64,000 nucleotides of DNA, from contig JBBTWJ010000014.1 in NCBI GenBank assembly GCA_038062895.1, positions 4,036 through 68,035 of the forward strand, written 5' to 3'. This DNA is from Patescibacteria group bacterium. GTDB taxonomy: Bacteria; Patescibacteriota; Microgenomatia; UBA10105; UBA927. The position numbers and the translations under genes are program-made. Shown here one piece after another: positions 38,906 through 48,581 of the stretch (within the stretch, counting starts at the first letter, position 1; each line of letters starts with the position of its first letter). The notes beneath the pieces are model-generated. The model saw nothing but the letters and a program-made list of their open reading frames with translations, was not told the DNA's origin and did not search any database.

Positions 38906-39036
38906 AAATCCTAAATCCTAATTTCTAAATCCTAAACAAACAATAAATTCAAATGTCAAAAATTCTAAACAGTTTCGTATTTTGGATTTTAGTCATTTGG
39001 ATTTGTTTTGAATTTAGAACTTGGAACTTAGAATTT
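38906..39036. repeat. heptamer-built inverted-repeat element, empty copy
   Basis: Contains AAATCCTAATTTCTAAATCCTAAA and a complementary right arm. Confidence 0.8.
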
Positions 39037-39056
39037 CCCATTCTAGCCTATAGGCT

Positions 39057-40631
39057 TTATTGGGTGAAGGCGATTATATCATCTCCTATAGTAAAATCAA
39101 GCTTTTGATCAAAAAGTACTCCGCATTCGTGGCCAATGTCTGCTTTGGTAATATCGTCTTTCCCGTGACGGAGTGACTTGATCTTAGCACGGGCGACTTC
39201 TGTCCCTCCACGCATGATCTTCACCCGGTCCCCACGGGCAAGCCTCCCGGATACGACTTTTGTGCCTGCGATACGATCCCGTTCGAAAGGAAATTCCGCA
39301 ACGACCTGTCCTTCCCCAAGCTGCCGCTCCTCATGGAGCACTTCTTTTAAGCCTGCAATCACCTCTCCCAATTCGTCCAAAAGTTCATAAATGATCCGAT
39401 ACATCCGATACACCACTTTTTCCGTCTCGGCAAGCTTGACGACCCCCGCTTTAATCCCGACGCCAAACCCAATAACAATAGCTTTTATTGATTTAGCCGA
39501 TAAAATATCCGCCTCCGTGATATCCCCGACTCCCCGTTGAACCACGATCACTTTTTTGGGAAGAGAAGCAATGATGGCTTCCAGCGACCCTGCAGTATCG
39601 GTTTTAAGAATAATATTGATGATTCGATCGGCTTCCAGATCGATGGGTTTGAGAAAATCCGGAAGTTCATCAATCAGTGACGGTGTGGGATTTCCGGTGA
39701 GCGTGTTGGACGGCGTGTCCTGCGCGATTTCGTCCGCAGCGCCAAAAAGCGTGGTACCCACCTCGGGAAGCTTCGTGAAGCCTAAAACTTCGACCGGTTT
39801 ACTGGGAAGCGCAGCTTTTACGGCGGTACCCCGCTCATCATTCATGGCACGGACTTTTGCTATCTGACTGGCCCCGTCGTAGAGCGCATCACCTACGGTA
39901 AGCGTCCCATTTTTGACGATAAGCGTGGCTACCATGCCCTTTCCTTTATCTACCCTTGTCTCAATGACGATTGCTTCGGCTACTGCTTTTGGATCGCCGA
40001 TCAATCCTTTCATGTCGCTTACTAAGAGAATGAGGTCCAAAAGCTCACTCACCCCTGTGCCCTGTTTGGCAGAAATGAGGATAAACGGTACGTCACCACC
40101 AAACCCTTCTACTTGCACCCCGTGTTTGGCCAAATCCTGTTTAACGCGATCTACTTGCGCTGTGGGAAGGTCCACTTTATTGATGGCAACAATCACAGGA
40201 ATACCAGCGCTTTTTATTTGCTCAATAGACTCGACGGTTTGAGGCTTCACGCTATCATCGGCAGCCACGACCAAAATAGCGATATCTGCAGCCCCAGCGC
40301 CGCGCGCGCGCATCTTTGTAAACGCCTCATGTCCCGGAGTATCAATGAAGGTGATTTTGCGCTCCTGCACAAAATCATCCTGAGCCTGTCGAAGGATCTC
40401 TGTTTTTTTTCCGGGGGGGATCCCTCGGCTCCCTTCGGTCGCTCGGGATGACCGTTCGGAAACGGTCATCTGATACGCTCCTATAGCCTGGGTAATCCCA
40501 CCATGCTCGCCGCCTGCGACGTTTGTTTTTCGGATGGTATCAAGAAGTGTGGTTTTTCCGTGATCAACGTGACCCAATACTGCCACGACGGGTGGACGAG
40601 GAACGGGTAGTTGTGGTTGTGTCGATTTCAT
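39057..40631 (-). CDS. infB: translation initiation factor IF-2 (short form)
   Basis: [32 protein letters not shown]. Confidence 0.96.
   Translation of the reverse strand: MKSTQPQLPVPRPPVVAVLGHVDHGKTTLLDTIRKTNVAGGEHGGITQAIGAYQMTVSERSSRATEGSRGIPPGKKTEILRQAQDDFVQERKITFIDTPGHEAFTKMRARGAGAADIAILVVAADDSVKPQTVESIEQIKSAGIPVIVAINKVDLPTAQVDRVKQDLAKHGVQVEGFGGDVPFILISAKQGTGVSELLDLILLVSDMKGLIGDPKAVAEAIVIETRVDKGKGMVATLIVKNGTLTVGDALYDGASQIAKVRAMNDERGTAVKAALPSKPVEVLGFTKLPEVGTTLFGAADEIAQDTPSNTLTGNPTPSLIDELPDFLKPIDLEADRIINIILKTDTAGSLEAIIASLPKKVIVVQRGVGDITEADILSAKSIKAIVIGFGVGIKAGVVKLAETEKVVYRMYRIIYELLDELGEVIAGLKEVLHEERQLGEGQVVAEFPFERDRIAGTKVVSGRLARGDRVKIMRGGTEVARAKIKSLRHGKDDITKADIGHECGVLFDQKLDFTIGDDIIAFTQ
40375..40451. 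repeat. REP-like palindrome translated in frame inside infB
   Basis: TCATCCTGAGC-CTG-TCGAAGGATCTC ... GGGATCCCTCGG ... GCTCGGGATGA. Confidence 0.75.
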
Positions 40632-40759
40632 ACCAGGTAGTAGATTTTCGATATTCCTTCGGAATAAAAACCCTCTGTTTTACAAAAAGGTTTCGATAAA
40701 CGCCAGGCATTGGATAAATTTGGGCTCTCTCAAAGATCGAAAATTCACTACCTGGCATA
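40629..40759 (-). mobile_element. MITE-like inverted-repeat element bracketed by TATG (copy 1, nusA-infB junction)
   Basis: Minus strand: TATG-CCAGGTAGTGAATTTTCGAT...ATCGAAAATCTACTACCTGG-TATG. Confidence 0.7.
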
Positions 40760-41905
40760 CTATTCACTCGACTTGTTCTCTGTATCCGGTGTTTCTTTCG
40801 TTTCCTCCGGTGTATGTTCCTCTTTCTTTTCCTTTTCTTTTGTTCCCTTTTCTTTTGTTTTTTTACTGACTGGCGGCTCCTTTTTCTCTTCACCGGGCTT
40901 GCCCGTGTCGCTGACATCACTCGCGTTACTCGTGTTGCTCGTGTTACTTGCGTTGCTAGTCTTCCCCTTTATATCTATCTTCCACCCGGTCACCTTAGCG
41001 GCTAACCGCACGTTTTGACCTTCCCGCCCGATGGCGAGCGACAGCTGGTCTTCCGGTACAAATACTTCCGCTGCTTTCTTTTTTTCATTCAGCCGGACTT
41101 CCAACTCCTTGGCGGGAGCCAGAGCAGCCGTAATAAATTGACGTATATCTTCACTCCATTGGATAATATCTACTTTCTCGTTCCCACCCAGCTCGTTGAT
41201 AACCGCTTGGACTCGTACTCCCTTTTGTCCGACACACGAGCCTACCGGATCGACACCGGATTGGTTGGAAAATACAGCGAGCTTCGTGCGTCCTCCTGCC
41301 TCCCTGGCAATGATGCGAAGCTCAACAGCTCCGGAGGCCACTTCTGGCACTTCCCGTTTAAACAACCCTTCCACGAGGCCCTTATGTGCACGGGAGACGA
41401 TAATCTCGTTGCCGCGCATGGTCTCACGAATGCCTTCAATATAAAACGTAAGCCTCTGGTTTAAGTGATACCGCTCACTGGGACTTTGCTCTTGAGGAGG
41501 CATGACGGCCTGTGCACGACCAATATCCACGATGATATTAGGACCGTCAAACCGCAGGATCATGCCGGTACCGATGCTGCCGACTTTCGCTTGAAAATCA
41601 GCAAGCACTGCCTGCTTTTCCGCTTCGCGGATCCGCTGGAGGATAACCTGCTTGGCCGTCTGTGCTGCAATCCGACCAAATCCCGGAGGCGTAATGTTGA
41701 CGCCATCTTTGAAGATCTTGGCTTCTCCGTTATCGGCGTTGAGCTCAACCGTCAGCGTCTCGAGTTCCGTCGTCCCGTAATCTTTGCGGTATGCGGCTAA
41801 AATTGCGGCTTTAATCGTCTCAATGACCACTAGGGGATCAATCCCCCGCTCGGTGGCGACTTGATTGAGCGCTAATGCAAATTCGCTTCGTACAATTGCT
41901 GGCAT
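40760..41905 (-). CDS. nusA: transcription factor NusA
   Basis: FGRIAAQTAKQVILQ, EVPEV, DPVGSCVGQKG.RV, AIGREGQNVRLAAK. Confidence 0.97.
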   Translation of the reverse strand: MPAIVRSEFALALNQVATERGIDPLVVIETIKAAILAAYRKDYGTTELETLTVELNADNGEAKIFKDGVNITPPGFGRIAAQTAKQVILQRIREAEKQAVLADFQAKVGSIGTGMILRFDGPNIIVDIGRAQAVMPPQEQSPSERYHLNQRLTFYIEGIRETMRGNEIIVSRAHKGLVEGLFKREVPEVASGAVELRIIAREAGGRTKLAVFSNQSGVDPVGSCVGQKGVRVQAVINELGGNEKVDIIQWSEDIRQFITAALAPAKELEVRLNEKKKAAEVFVPEDQLSLAIGREGQNVRLAAKVTGWKIDIKGKTSNASNTSNTSNASDVSDTGKPGEEKKEPPVSKKTKEKGTKEKEKKEEHTPEETKETPDTENKSSE

Positions 41906-42044
41906 ACTAGTGTCCGCATGCTAATCTGATTTCCAGAGGATTAGCATAGCGGCCTCTGTACCCACCGCTCACGCGCTCTTTGAGTCGTCTACGAATAGTA
42001 GTGAAAAGACTCAAAGGAAGCGTAGGTGGGTAACTTCCTCTAAT

Positions 42045-42067
42045 AAAAAAGGTGGGCTACCCCACCT
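42045..42067 (-). promoter_or_regulatory. hairpin plus U-tract in the nusA leader (rimP-leader-like attenuator)
   Basis: Minus strand AGGTGGG-GTAG-CCCACCT-TTTTT upstream of nusA. Confidence 0.5.
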
Positions 42068-42113
42068 AAATCTCTTGAAACCATCCTTATTATATACGCA
42101 CGCCTACTTCCCG

Positions 42114-42548
42114 TCAATCGCCTTGACCCCGGCCAGGCTTAAACGGATTAAGTACCGCGATTTCTTCATACATCATAAAATCTCGCTCATTATCCGTGGC
42201 TATTTGTTTGATGTCGTGTGTTAGCATGGTAGCGGCCAAGTACGCATCAAAAATCCGATTGGCAGCCCGCTCATATTTGCGCATAAGCATGATGGCTATG
42301 GGAAGTGTTTCTTCTGTGGGGGAAATCACAGTCGCAGCCACTGCGATAGCATTCACAGCATTATCTGCTTGAAAAAACGACATCGGATGAGCAAATTTTC
42401 CATGGGTAAGAACCCGCATGGCTTCTAATATATTTTGGTCTGCCACAACTAAATCTTCCTGTTGTTCAAGAAAAAATTGCTTCGCCAGAAGATGCTTGGG
42501 CGAAGCACTATTGATCGCGTAGATGATAATGTTGGTGTCAATCAGCAT
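42114..42548 (-). CDS. vapC: PIN-domain toxin (VapC-like)
   Basis: MLIDTNIIIYA, E, IFDAYLAATM, IATDNERDF. Confidence 0.88.
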   Translation of the reverse strand: MLIDTNIIIYAINSASPKHLLAKQFFLEQQEDLVVADQNILEAMRVLTHGKFAHPMSFFQADNAVNAIAVAATVISPTEETLPIAIMLMRKYERAANRIFDAYLAATMLTHDIKQIATDNERDFMMYEEIAVLNPFKPGRGQGD

Positions 42549-42780
42549 GGACAGCCGGTTCGGGGTAATAATCATCTCTGGTCAAATTATCCAGAGGCAC
42601 CCCCAAATCATGGGTATGAAAAACGAGCCGCTGTGCTTTACGCATCGCAGCTTTCGCTAAATAATCTTCCAGCGCACGGTGCGCTATAGCTTGAAACGTC
42701 GTATCTTCTTCAAGCGCTTTGCGTTCCACGGCTTTTTTAAGATCCGGTCGAAGTCGAAACGTGGTACGAATTAGTTGCAT
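42538..42780 (-). CDS. RHH-type antitoxin (VapB-like)
   Basis: RTTFRLRPDLKKAVERKALEE.TT......ALEDYL; overlaps the PIN gene start. Confidence 0.75.
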   Translation of the reverse strand: MQLIRTTFRLRPDLKKAVERKALEEDTTFQAIAHRALEDYLAKAAMRKAQRLVFHTHDLGVPLDNLTRDDYYPEPAVHAD

Positions 42781-42782
42781 AT

Positions 42783-42807
42783 GACATAAATATGACATAT
42801 TTATGTC
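42783..42807. promoter_or_regulatory. perfect palindromic operator of the TA operon
   Basis: GACATAAATATG-A-CATATTTATGTC. Confidence 0.7.
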
Positions 42808-43064
42808 TAGATGTCAAGCTGTCAAAAAAGCGGGTAGTGGGTCAATTTGAAAATCACTGGCTCCGGGCCGTCAAAACGAAATCTAGTTGACAATACTGCC
42901 GGTCGCTTGGTAAGTTAGTAATACGACTGTAATATGATTGTAAGATGGAATTTGAAAATGAATATGAAGAATGATATACTATCCATCCTGCTAGAACGCC
43001 CCAAATTAGAAGCACTTTTATATCGTAGATCAAGTTGGTAAGAGAATAAAGGACGTGTATATTG

Positions 43065-43155
43065 CACCGGCGCCGGGAATTGAACCCGGTCTGGAACCTG
43101 CGATGGTTATATGTAGTTTTCAAGACTACCCGTGCAATCCGTACACTACGCCGGC
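43065..43155 (-). tRNA. tRNA-Ser(UGA)-like gene, slightly non-canonical
   Basis: Acceptor GCCGGCG/CGCCGGT plus discriminator G; D stem GTGT/GCAC; anticodon arm GTAGT-CTTGAAA-ACTAC; long variable arm with AACC/GGTT stem; T arm CCGGG-TTCAATT-CCCGG; no encoded CCA. Confidence 0.75.
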
Positions 43156-43266
43156 TTCTCTTACCAGCTTGGTTTACGATTTTTTGCATCTAATACCCCC
43201 TTGGTGAAACAGTAATCCCTTGTGAATCTTCAGAGGACAGAGGTCATCGAGCGGATAATAAGAAGT

Positions 43267-43338
43267 GTACGCTCCTATGGAAAAGGGGGACTTGGGTCCC
43301 CCCAACAAAAGGTTGGACCCTTTTCCGCAAGAGCGTAC
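43267..43338. ncRNA. candidate three-way-junction structured RNA
   Basis: GTACGCTC/GAGCGTAC, GGAAAAGGG/CCCTTTTCC, GGAC/GTCC and CCAAC/GTTGG stems. Confidence 0.4.
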
Positions 43339-43423
43339 GTTATTTATTTTTTAAGGAGCCAACCGTTTTGTTTTTTCCGTTGCAAATGCAACACCATACT
43401 TATAAGTCTTTTTACAATTTTCG

Positions 43424-44269
43424 TCAAGGGCCAACTAAACGGATTATGTCTTCAATTTTCCAAATCCTATCGGTTACTCCTGCCGCCATCGCAGGGGTTT
43501 TTCCTAATGATCGTACCGGATTGAGCGTCTTATGTGGTCGACAAAAGTTGTAATACATCAAGTGTAGAGCGACGGCATGCTCCAAATTTTCAATTTTCTT
43601 TGAAAATGCATTCGTTAAACGAGTGAAGCGCCGCATATTCATACGCATCGTGAGATTTTGGCGCTCTACATAGCTTGTAAACACTTTGGTCATGTCGGGT
43701 TTTCCTTGCATCACGTGTTTTTCTGAAGCGATACATTCAGAGGGACTGTAACGCTTTTCGCCTTCTTGTTGCGGTCCATACAGTTTTATGAGTATACCGT
43801 AGTCCACTTCGGAGCCAAATGCGTCTTCAATTGCCCAAACATACGCTCGGTGACCATCGGTTGTTAGTTGTACCCGATTGGCAAGCCGTTTCTTAAAGTC
43901 TTGCATGAACTCATGAGCACATGCGGCGTCACGACGCCCGATGTACCAGCTCGGAACGAGTTTTGTATCGGCGTCTATGGCTGTCCATGTCCACACGTCG
44001 CCATACCCAAATTGGCCTTTATGTTCTTCAGGCACGTTTTTATCCTTTGCGTAGCAGAATGACCAGATTTCATCACACTGAATGTGTTTACAAGGGAGAT
44101 TGCGGAATACTTTATCTTGATATGCGACACAGGTTCTTCCCACTGCTTCTAAAAGACGGGTTACTGTTCCTTTTGCGGCGCCTGTCATGCGGCAAGTTGC
44201 TCTTATGGAGTTACCTTCTACCAAAGCGGTGATTACTTGCGTCTGCTTTTCAATAGTTAACTTATTCAT
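43424..44269 (-). CDS. IS1-family DDE transposase (single ORF)
   Basis: N-terminal HTH (LVEGNSIRATCR); QCDEIWSF, LTTDG, TSYVERQNLTMR; FSKK..N. Confidence 0.92.
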   Translation of the reverse strand: MNKLTIEKQTQVITALVEGNSIRATCRMTGAAKGTVTRLLEAVGRTCVAYQDKVFRNLPCKHIQCDEIWSFCYAKDKNVPEEHKGQFGYGDVWTWTAIDADTKLVPSWYIGRRDAACAHEFMQDFKKRLANRVQLTTDGHRAYVWAIEDAFGSEVDYGILIKLYGPQQEGEKRYSPSECIASEKHVMQGKPDMTKVFTSYVERQNLTMRMNMRRFTRLTNAFSKKIENLEHAVALHLMYYNFCRPHKTLNPVRSLGKTPAMAAGVTDRIWKIEDIIRLVGP

Positions 44270-44279
44270 TAAGCGTATT

Positions 44280-44325
44280 ATACTTGCTCGGGTTAGTATA
44301 TGTCAATAGGTGCTCGGGCAAGTAT
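44280..44325. promoter_or_regulatory. inverted-repeat operator in the divergent tnp/P63C promoter
   Basis: ATACTTGCTCG...CGGGCAAGTAT; TTGACA present on both strands. Confidence 0.55.
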
Positions 44326-44358
44326 TGACATTTCCTGCAGACTTGATATACTGCTCTC

Positions 44359-45435
44359 ATGTCCACATCCTCCACACATGCAAAAGAACTCTCAAAACTA
44401 GGAGCTGCTAAAGGTGGTAATGCTCGTGCAGAACTTCTTACCTCTCAAGAACGGAAAGAAATCGCCAGTATGGCTGTTAGAGCAAGATGGGCAAAAGAAA
44501 AAGGAGTACCTATTGAACAGATAGGAGGAGGGCAAGTATCCCCGCCTGCACAAGCTAGCAAAGAAGATAAAACGCCTCCCCAAGGACTCATTTCGCTTTT
44601 TCGAGGTACCTTACAAATGGGAAATGTAAGTTTTGCATGCCATGTTTTGAACAATGGAAACCGAGTAATAGCACAGTCAGAAATCGTAAAAGTATTGGCA
44701 GGCACGGCTTCAGGTGATTTACCGAGGTATATCTCAGCAGTTGCTATTAGCAAGTATATTAATGTCGCTGAAGTATCAAAAAAGACTATTAAATTTAAAG
44801 TGCCTGGAACACAGTATGAGGTAACAGGTTATGATGCTACGCTTCTGATAGAAATATGTGACGCTTATCTCAAAGCGAGAGATAATGAAAATTTAACCGC
44901 AACACAAGAGAAGTTGGCAAAACAAGCAGAAATTATCATGCGTGCATGTGCGAAGGTCGGTATTATTGCGCTCATTGATGAGGCTACTGGGTATCAAAAA
45001 ATACGATCAGAAAACGCGTTGCGCCTTAAATTGCAGGCATTTATAGCCGAGGACATGCAGGAATGGGCAAGAATGTTTCCCGAAGATTTTTTCTTTGAAC
45101 TTGCGAGACTGGAAAATATAAGTTATTCACCACGAGGTCGTCCATTGCGCTGGGGAAGATATATTATGAACTTTGTTTATCGTGCTATAGATAAAGATGT
45201 AGCAAAAGAGCTAAAAGACAAAATTCCTAATCCACACAAGGGACAAAATTTGCATCAATGGTTACGAGATTATGGTAAAGACAGGCTTACAGCTCAAATT
45301 CATCAGGTGTTAGGAGTTATGAAAACCTGCAAGAACATGGATGAATTTAGAGGAAAATTCAAGACGATTTTTGGGCACGAACCTGAGCAGCTTTCTTTTT
45401 TGGATTTAGCTGATTCTTCTGTGTCGCCTTCTTAA
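44359..45435 (+). CDS. P63C-domain protein with KGG..RA..L....R.EIA..A..ARW N-terminal motif
   Basis: VGIIALIDEATGYQ, W...FP.DFF..L.RL, LHQWL. Confidence 0.85.
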   Translation: MSTSSTHAKELSKLGAAKGGNARAELLTSQERKEIASMAVRARWAKEKGVPIEQIGGGQVSPPAQASKEDKTPPQGLISLFRGTLQMGNVSFACHVLNNGNRVIAQSEIVKVLAGTASGDLPRYISAVAISKYINVAEVSKKTIKFKVPGTQYEVTGYDATLLIEICDAYLKARDNENLTATQEKLAKQAEIIMRACAKVGIIALIDEATGYQKIRSENALRLKLQAFIAEDMQEWARMFPEDFFFELARLENISYSPRGRPLRWGRYIMNFVYRAIDKDVAKELKDKIPNPHKGQNLHQWLRDYGKDRLTAQIHQVLGVMKTCKNMDEFRGKFKTIFGHEPEQLSFLDLADSSVSPS

Positions 45436-45516
45436 CAATCTGCGCTGCCAATTTGTTTATATCCTTCATGAAAGTAGTATGCCATACGGGTTTACTCGTG
45501 TCTAGGCCATTTCATT

Positions 45517-46407
45517 TCAAATTGACCCACTACCTAATTCTTCCAGAAGTTCCCGCTCCCGACGGGAAAGATGTGTGGGGATCGTGAGCTGGATACGGAC
45601 ATACTGATCGCCCCTACCATTACCCCGCACGTTGGGCACACCTTTGCCGCGAAGACGAATGAGTGTCCCGGGCTGTGTCCCGGGCTGAACACGGATAGAT
45701 AATGGTCCATCAATCGTCGGCACTTCCACCACCGCGCCAAGGGCTGCCTGCGTGAAGGTAATTTCCTGATCAACAATCAGATCATTGCCCTCCCGTTTAA
45801 ACTGTTTATCGGGGTGTACCGCAATCACAATATCAAAATCATCAAACCGGATGCGTGATCCGGTATCCACCCCTGCCGGGATCTTAATTGTTTTTCGCGT
45901 TGTGCCCTCTCCTGCCCGGCCACGCGGCACGTGGACTTCTTTCGTTACCCCGCGTGCGGCCTCTAATAAATCTATGGTAATTTCATACACTTCCCGCCTG
46001 GCTCTCGTTTGACGTTGTGAAAACCCGCCACCAAAAAACTGTTCAAAGATATCGAACGGATCTATCGTTTGTTCAAAATCTGCTCCGAATGGCGAACCGC
46101 CGCCTGAAGACCACGAGTAAGTGAACGGTCCCTGTCCACCACCGAATGGCCCCTGGCCCGGAGCGCCCCCACCCATACCAGGTTGAAATGCGGCAGCTCC
46201 AAACTGATCATAGGTTTCTCGCTTTTTCGGATCCGATACGACCGCATACGCCTCGTTGATTTCTTTAAACTTTTCATTTGCCCCGGCGCTTTTATTGCGA
46301 TCCGGATGCCACTCAAGCGCAAGTTTCCGGTACGCCTTCTTGATCTCGTCAACAGGGGCACTTTTGGAAACTCCTAATATGTCATAATAATCCCGTTTCG
46401 TCGCCAT
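45517..46407 (-). CDS. dnaJ: DnaJ-class chaperone without zinc finger
   Basis: [11 protein letters not shown] motif, G/F region, C-terminal domain; last codons come from the IS end. Confidence 0.9.
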   Translation of the reverse strand: MATKRDYYDILGVSKSAPVDEIKKAYRKLALEWHPDRNKSAGANEKFKEINEAYAVVSDPKKRETYDQFGAAAFQPGMGGGAPGQGPFGGGQGPFTYSWSSGGGSPFGADFEQTIDPFDIFEQFFGGGFSQRQTRARREVYEITIDLLEAARGVTKEVHVPRGRAGEGTTRKTIKIPAGVDTGSRIRFDDFDIVIAVHPDKQFKREGNDLIVDQEITFTQAALGAVVEVPTIDGPLSIRVQPGTQPGTLIRLRGKGVPNVRGNGRGDQYVRIQLTIPTHLSRRERELLEELGSGSI

Positions 46408-46519
46408 AGGCTTAGATTAGCACATGATGAATGAACTTGATGAGCACATGATACAAGGGGCGCGCTTCCGCGCGCCCAATTATATTATTCTTTTATTTTA
46501 TTATTCGCTTATTTGTGTA

Positions 46520-48442
46520 TTAACTCACGACCTCTCCCTCTTCCACCTTTTTCTCGTCCTTCTTCTTCCCGTTCCCCGATTGAGCCTTATCATCTCCCTG
46601 TTCTGCAGAAGGCTGAGCACTGTCCGCTGACGGCTCTGCGCCACCCGGCGGATTTTGATACGCTGCCGCTCCCACCTTCTGAACTATTTCAGAAAGCTCA
46701 CTCGTTGCCTTTTCCAAATCTTCTTTGCTTCCCGTCTCCAGGATATCTTTGAGGGCCTTCGTTTTTTCCTCAACCGCCGTTTTATCCTCAGGCTTAACCT
46801 TATCCCCCATGTCTTTGAGCGTCTTCTCTGCGGTATAAATCATGTTATCCGCACGATTTCGGACTTCAATCTTTTCCTTTTTGGCGGTATCTTCCGCGGC
46901 ATGCTCTTCAGCTTCTTTTCTCATCTTCTCGACTTCGTCTTTGGAAAGACCGGTCGAACCCGTGATCGTAATATTAGACACCTTGCCGCTTGCTTTATCT
47001 TTAGCGGTCACGTTGAGAATTCCGCTTGCATCAATATCAAAGGTCACCTCTACCTGCGGCACACCACGTGGCGCTGGCGGGATACCCGAAAGCACAAAAC
47101 GGCCTAACGATTTATTATCGGTGGCCATCGGTCGTTCACCCTGGAGCACATTGATCTCAACGGACGTCTGACTATCAGCGGCGGTTGAAAATATTTCGCT
47201 CTTGCTCGTGGGAACGGTCGTGTTGCGCGTAATCAAAGGCGTTGAAACACCACCAAGCGTCTCGACCCCAAGCGTGAGCGGTGTCACGTCCAGAAGGACC
47301 ACATCTTTGACGTCCCCGGAAAGCACCCCCGCCTGCACGGCAGCACCGATAGCAACCACTTCATCCGGATTGACCGACCGGTTCGGATCACGGCCAAAAA
47401 ATGACTTGACCACTTCCACAACCTTTGGCATCCGCGTCATGCCACCCACCATAACCACTTCATTGATGTCGCTTATCTTCATCTTGGCGTCGGCCAAACA
47501 CTTTTTGACCGGCTCAATCGACTTTTGGATAAGCTCGCCCACAAGCGACTCAAGCTTAGATCTGGTTAATTTCATCACCAGATGCAGTGGCCCCTCTTTC
47601 CCCTGTGTGATGAAGGGGAGATTAACTTCGGTTTCAAGCGAGCTGGAAAGCTCAACTTTGGCTTTCTCTGCCGCGTCCCTCAACCTCTGAAGAGCTTGCG
47701 GGTCGCTGCGCAGATCTACCCCGTGTTCTTTCTTAAACTCATCGGCAAAAAAATCAAGGATGACTTTATCAAAATCATCGCCGCCCAGATGGGTATCCCC
47801 ATTCGTAGATTTCACTTCATACACGCCTTCTCCTAGTTCCAGAATCGAGATATCAAACGTACCGCCACCCAGATCATACACGGCGATCGTATGCACGTTT
47901 TTTTTGTCTAATCCGTACGCAAGCGCTGCCGCCGTGGGCTCGTTGAGAATGCGAAGTACTTCCAGTCCCGCGATCTCTCCGGCCTGTTTCGTTGCCTGCC
48001 GCTGACTATCGTCAAAATAAGCAGGAACGGTGATGACTGCTTGCGTGATCGCACCACCCAAATATTTCTCTGCGTCGGCTTTGATTTTAGAAAGCACTTT
48101 GGCAGAAATTTCCTGCGGGGTGAACTGCCGGCCTTCGACTTCCACGACAGCCATGTCATTTTTACCGGATTTGATCGTATACGGCAACCACTTCGCGTCC
48201 CGCTGCACAGAATCGTCGGAATACTTACGCCCCATGAGGCGTTTCACGGAAAATACGGTCGATTTGGGGTTGATGACCATTTGACGTTTTGCCACGTCAC
48301 CCACAATATTTTTTATGGGATCCACGACGGATGGAACGGTATTTTTCCCTTCTGCGGAATGGATCACTTTGGGAGATCCTCCCTCCATAACTGCCACACA
48401 TGAATTTGTTGTTCCCAGATCAATACCAATTATTTTTGCCAT
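46520..48442 (-). CDS. dnaK: chaperone DnaK
   Basis: [33 protein letters not shown]. Confidence 0.98.
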   Translation of the reverse strand: MAKIIGIDLGTTNSCVAVMEGGSPKVIHSAEGKNTVPSVVDPIKNIVGDVAKRQMVINPKSTVFSVKRLMGRKYSDDSVQRDAKWLPYTIKSGKNDMAVVEVEGRQFTPQEISAKVLSKIKADAEKYLGGAITQAVITVPAYFDDSQRQATKQAGEIAGLEVLRILNEPTAAALAYGLDKKNVHTIAVYDLGGGTFDISILELGEGVYEVKSTNGDTHLGGDDFDKVILDFFADEFKKEHGVDLRSDPQALQRLRDAAEKAKVELSSSLETEVNLPFITQGKEGPLHLVMKLTRSKLESLVGELIQKSIEPVKKCLADAKMKISDINEVVMVGGMTRMPKVVEVVKSFFGRDPNRSVNPDEVVAIGAAVQAGVLSGDVKDVVLLDVTPLTLGVETLGGVSTPLITRNTTVPTSKSEIFSTAADSQTSVEINVLQGERPMATDNKSLGRFVLSGIPPAPRGVPQVEVTFDIDASGILNVTAKDKASGKVSNITITGSTGLSKDEVEKMRKEAEEHAAEDTAKKEKIEVRNRADNMIYTAEKTLKDMGDKVKPEDKTAVEEKTKALKDILETGSKEDLEKATSELSEIVQKVGAAAYQNPPGGAEPSADSAQPSAEQGDDKAQSGNGKKKDEKKVEEGEVVS

Positions 48443-48581
48443 ATGTACCTTTCTAGAAGCTCTTTCCAATGCAAAGCATTGGATTAGAGATTCTTGAACC
48501 CTCCTAAGACCGCTCTTCGAGCCGTGTACGAATAGTACCTAAAGGCGAGAAGTAAGGTCAGGAGGGCCTTATTTATATATA

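Larger units (their letters stand above)
42833..45534. mobile_element. IS1-family element with passengers, 20-bp perfect terminal inverted repeats
   Basis: GGTAGTGGGTCAATTTGAAA (42833-42852) and TTTCAAATTGACCCACTACC (45515-45534) flank the transposase; no target duplication seen. Confidence 0.9.

Noticed and set aside
42854-43189. 111-aa ORF inside the IS
   Set aside because: Overlaps the tRNA-like cloverleaf and has no recognisable motif; likely spurious
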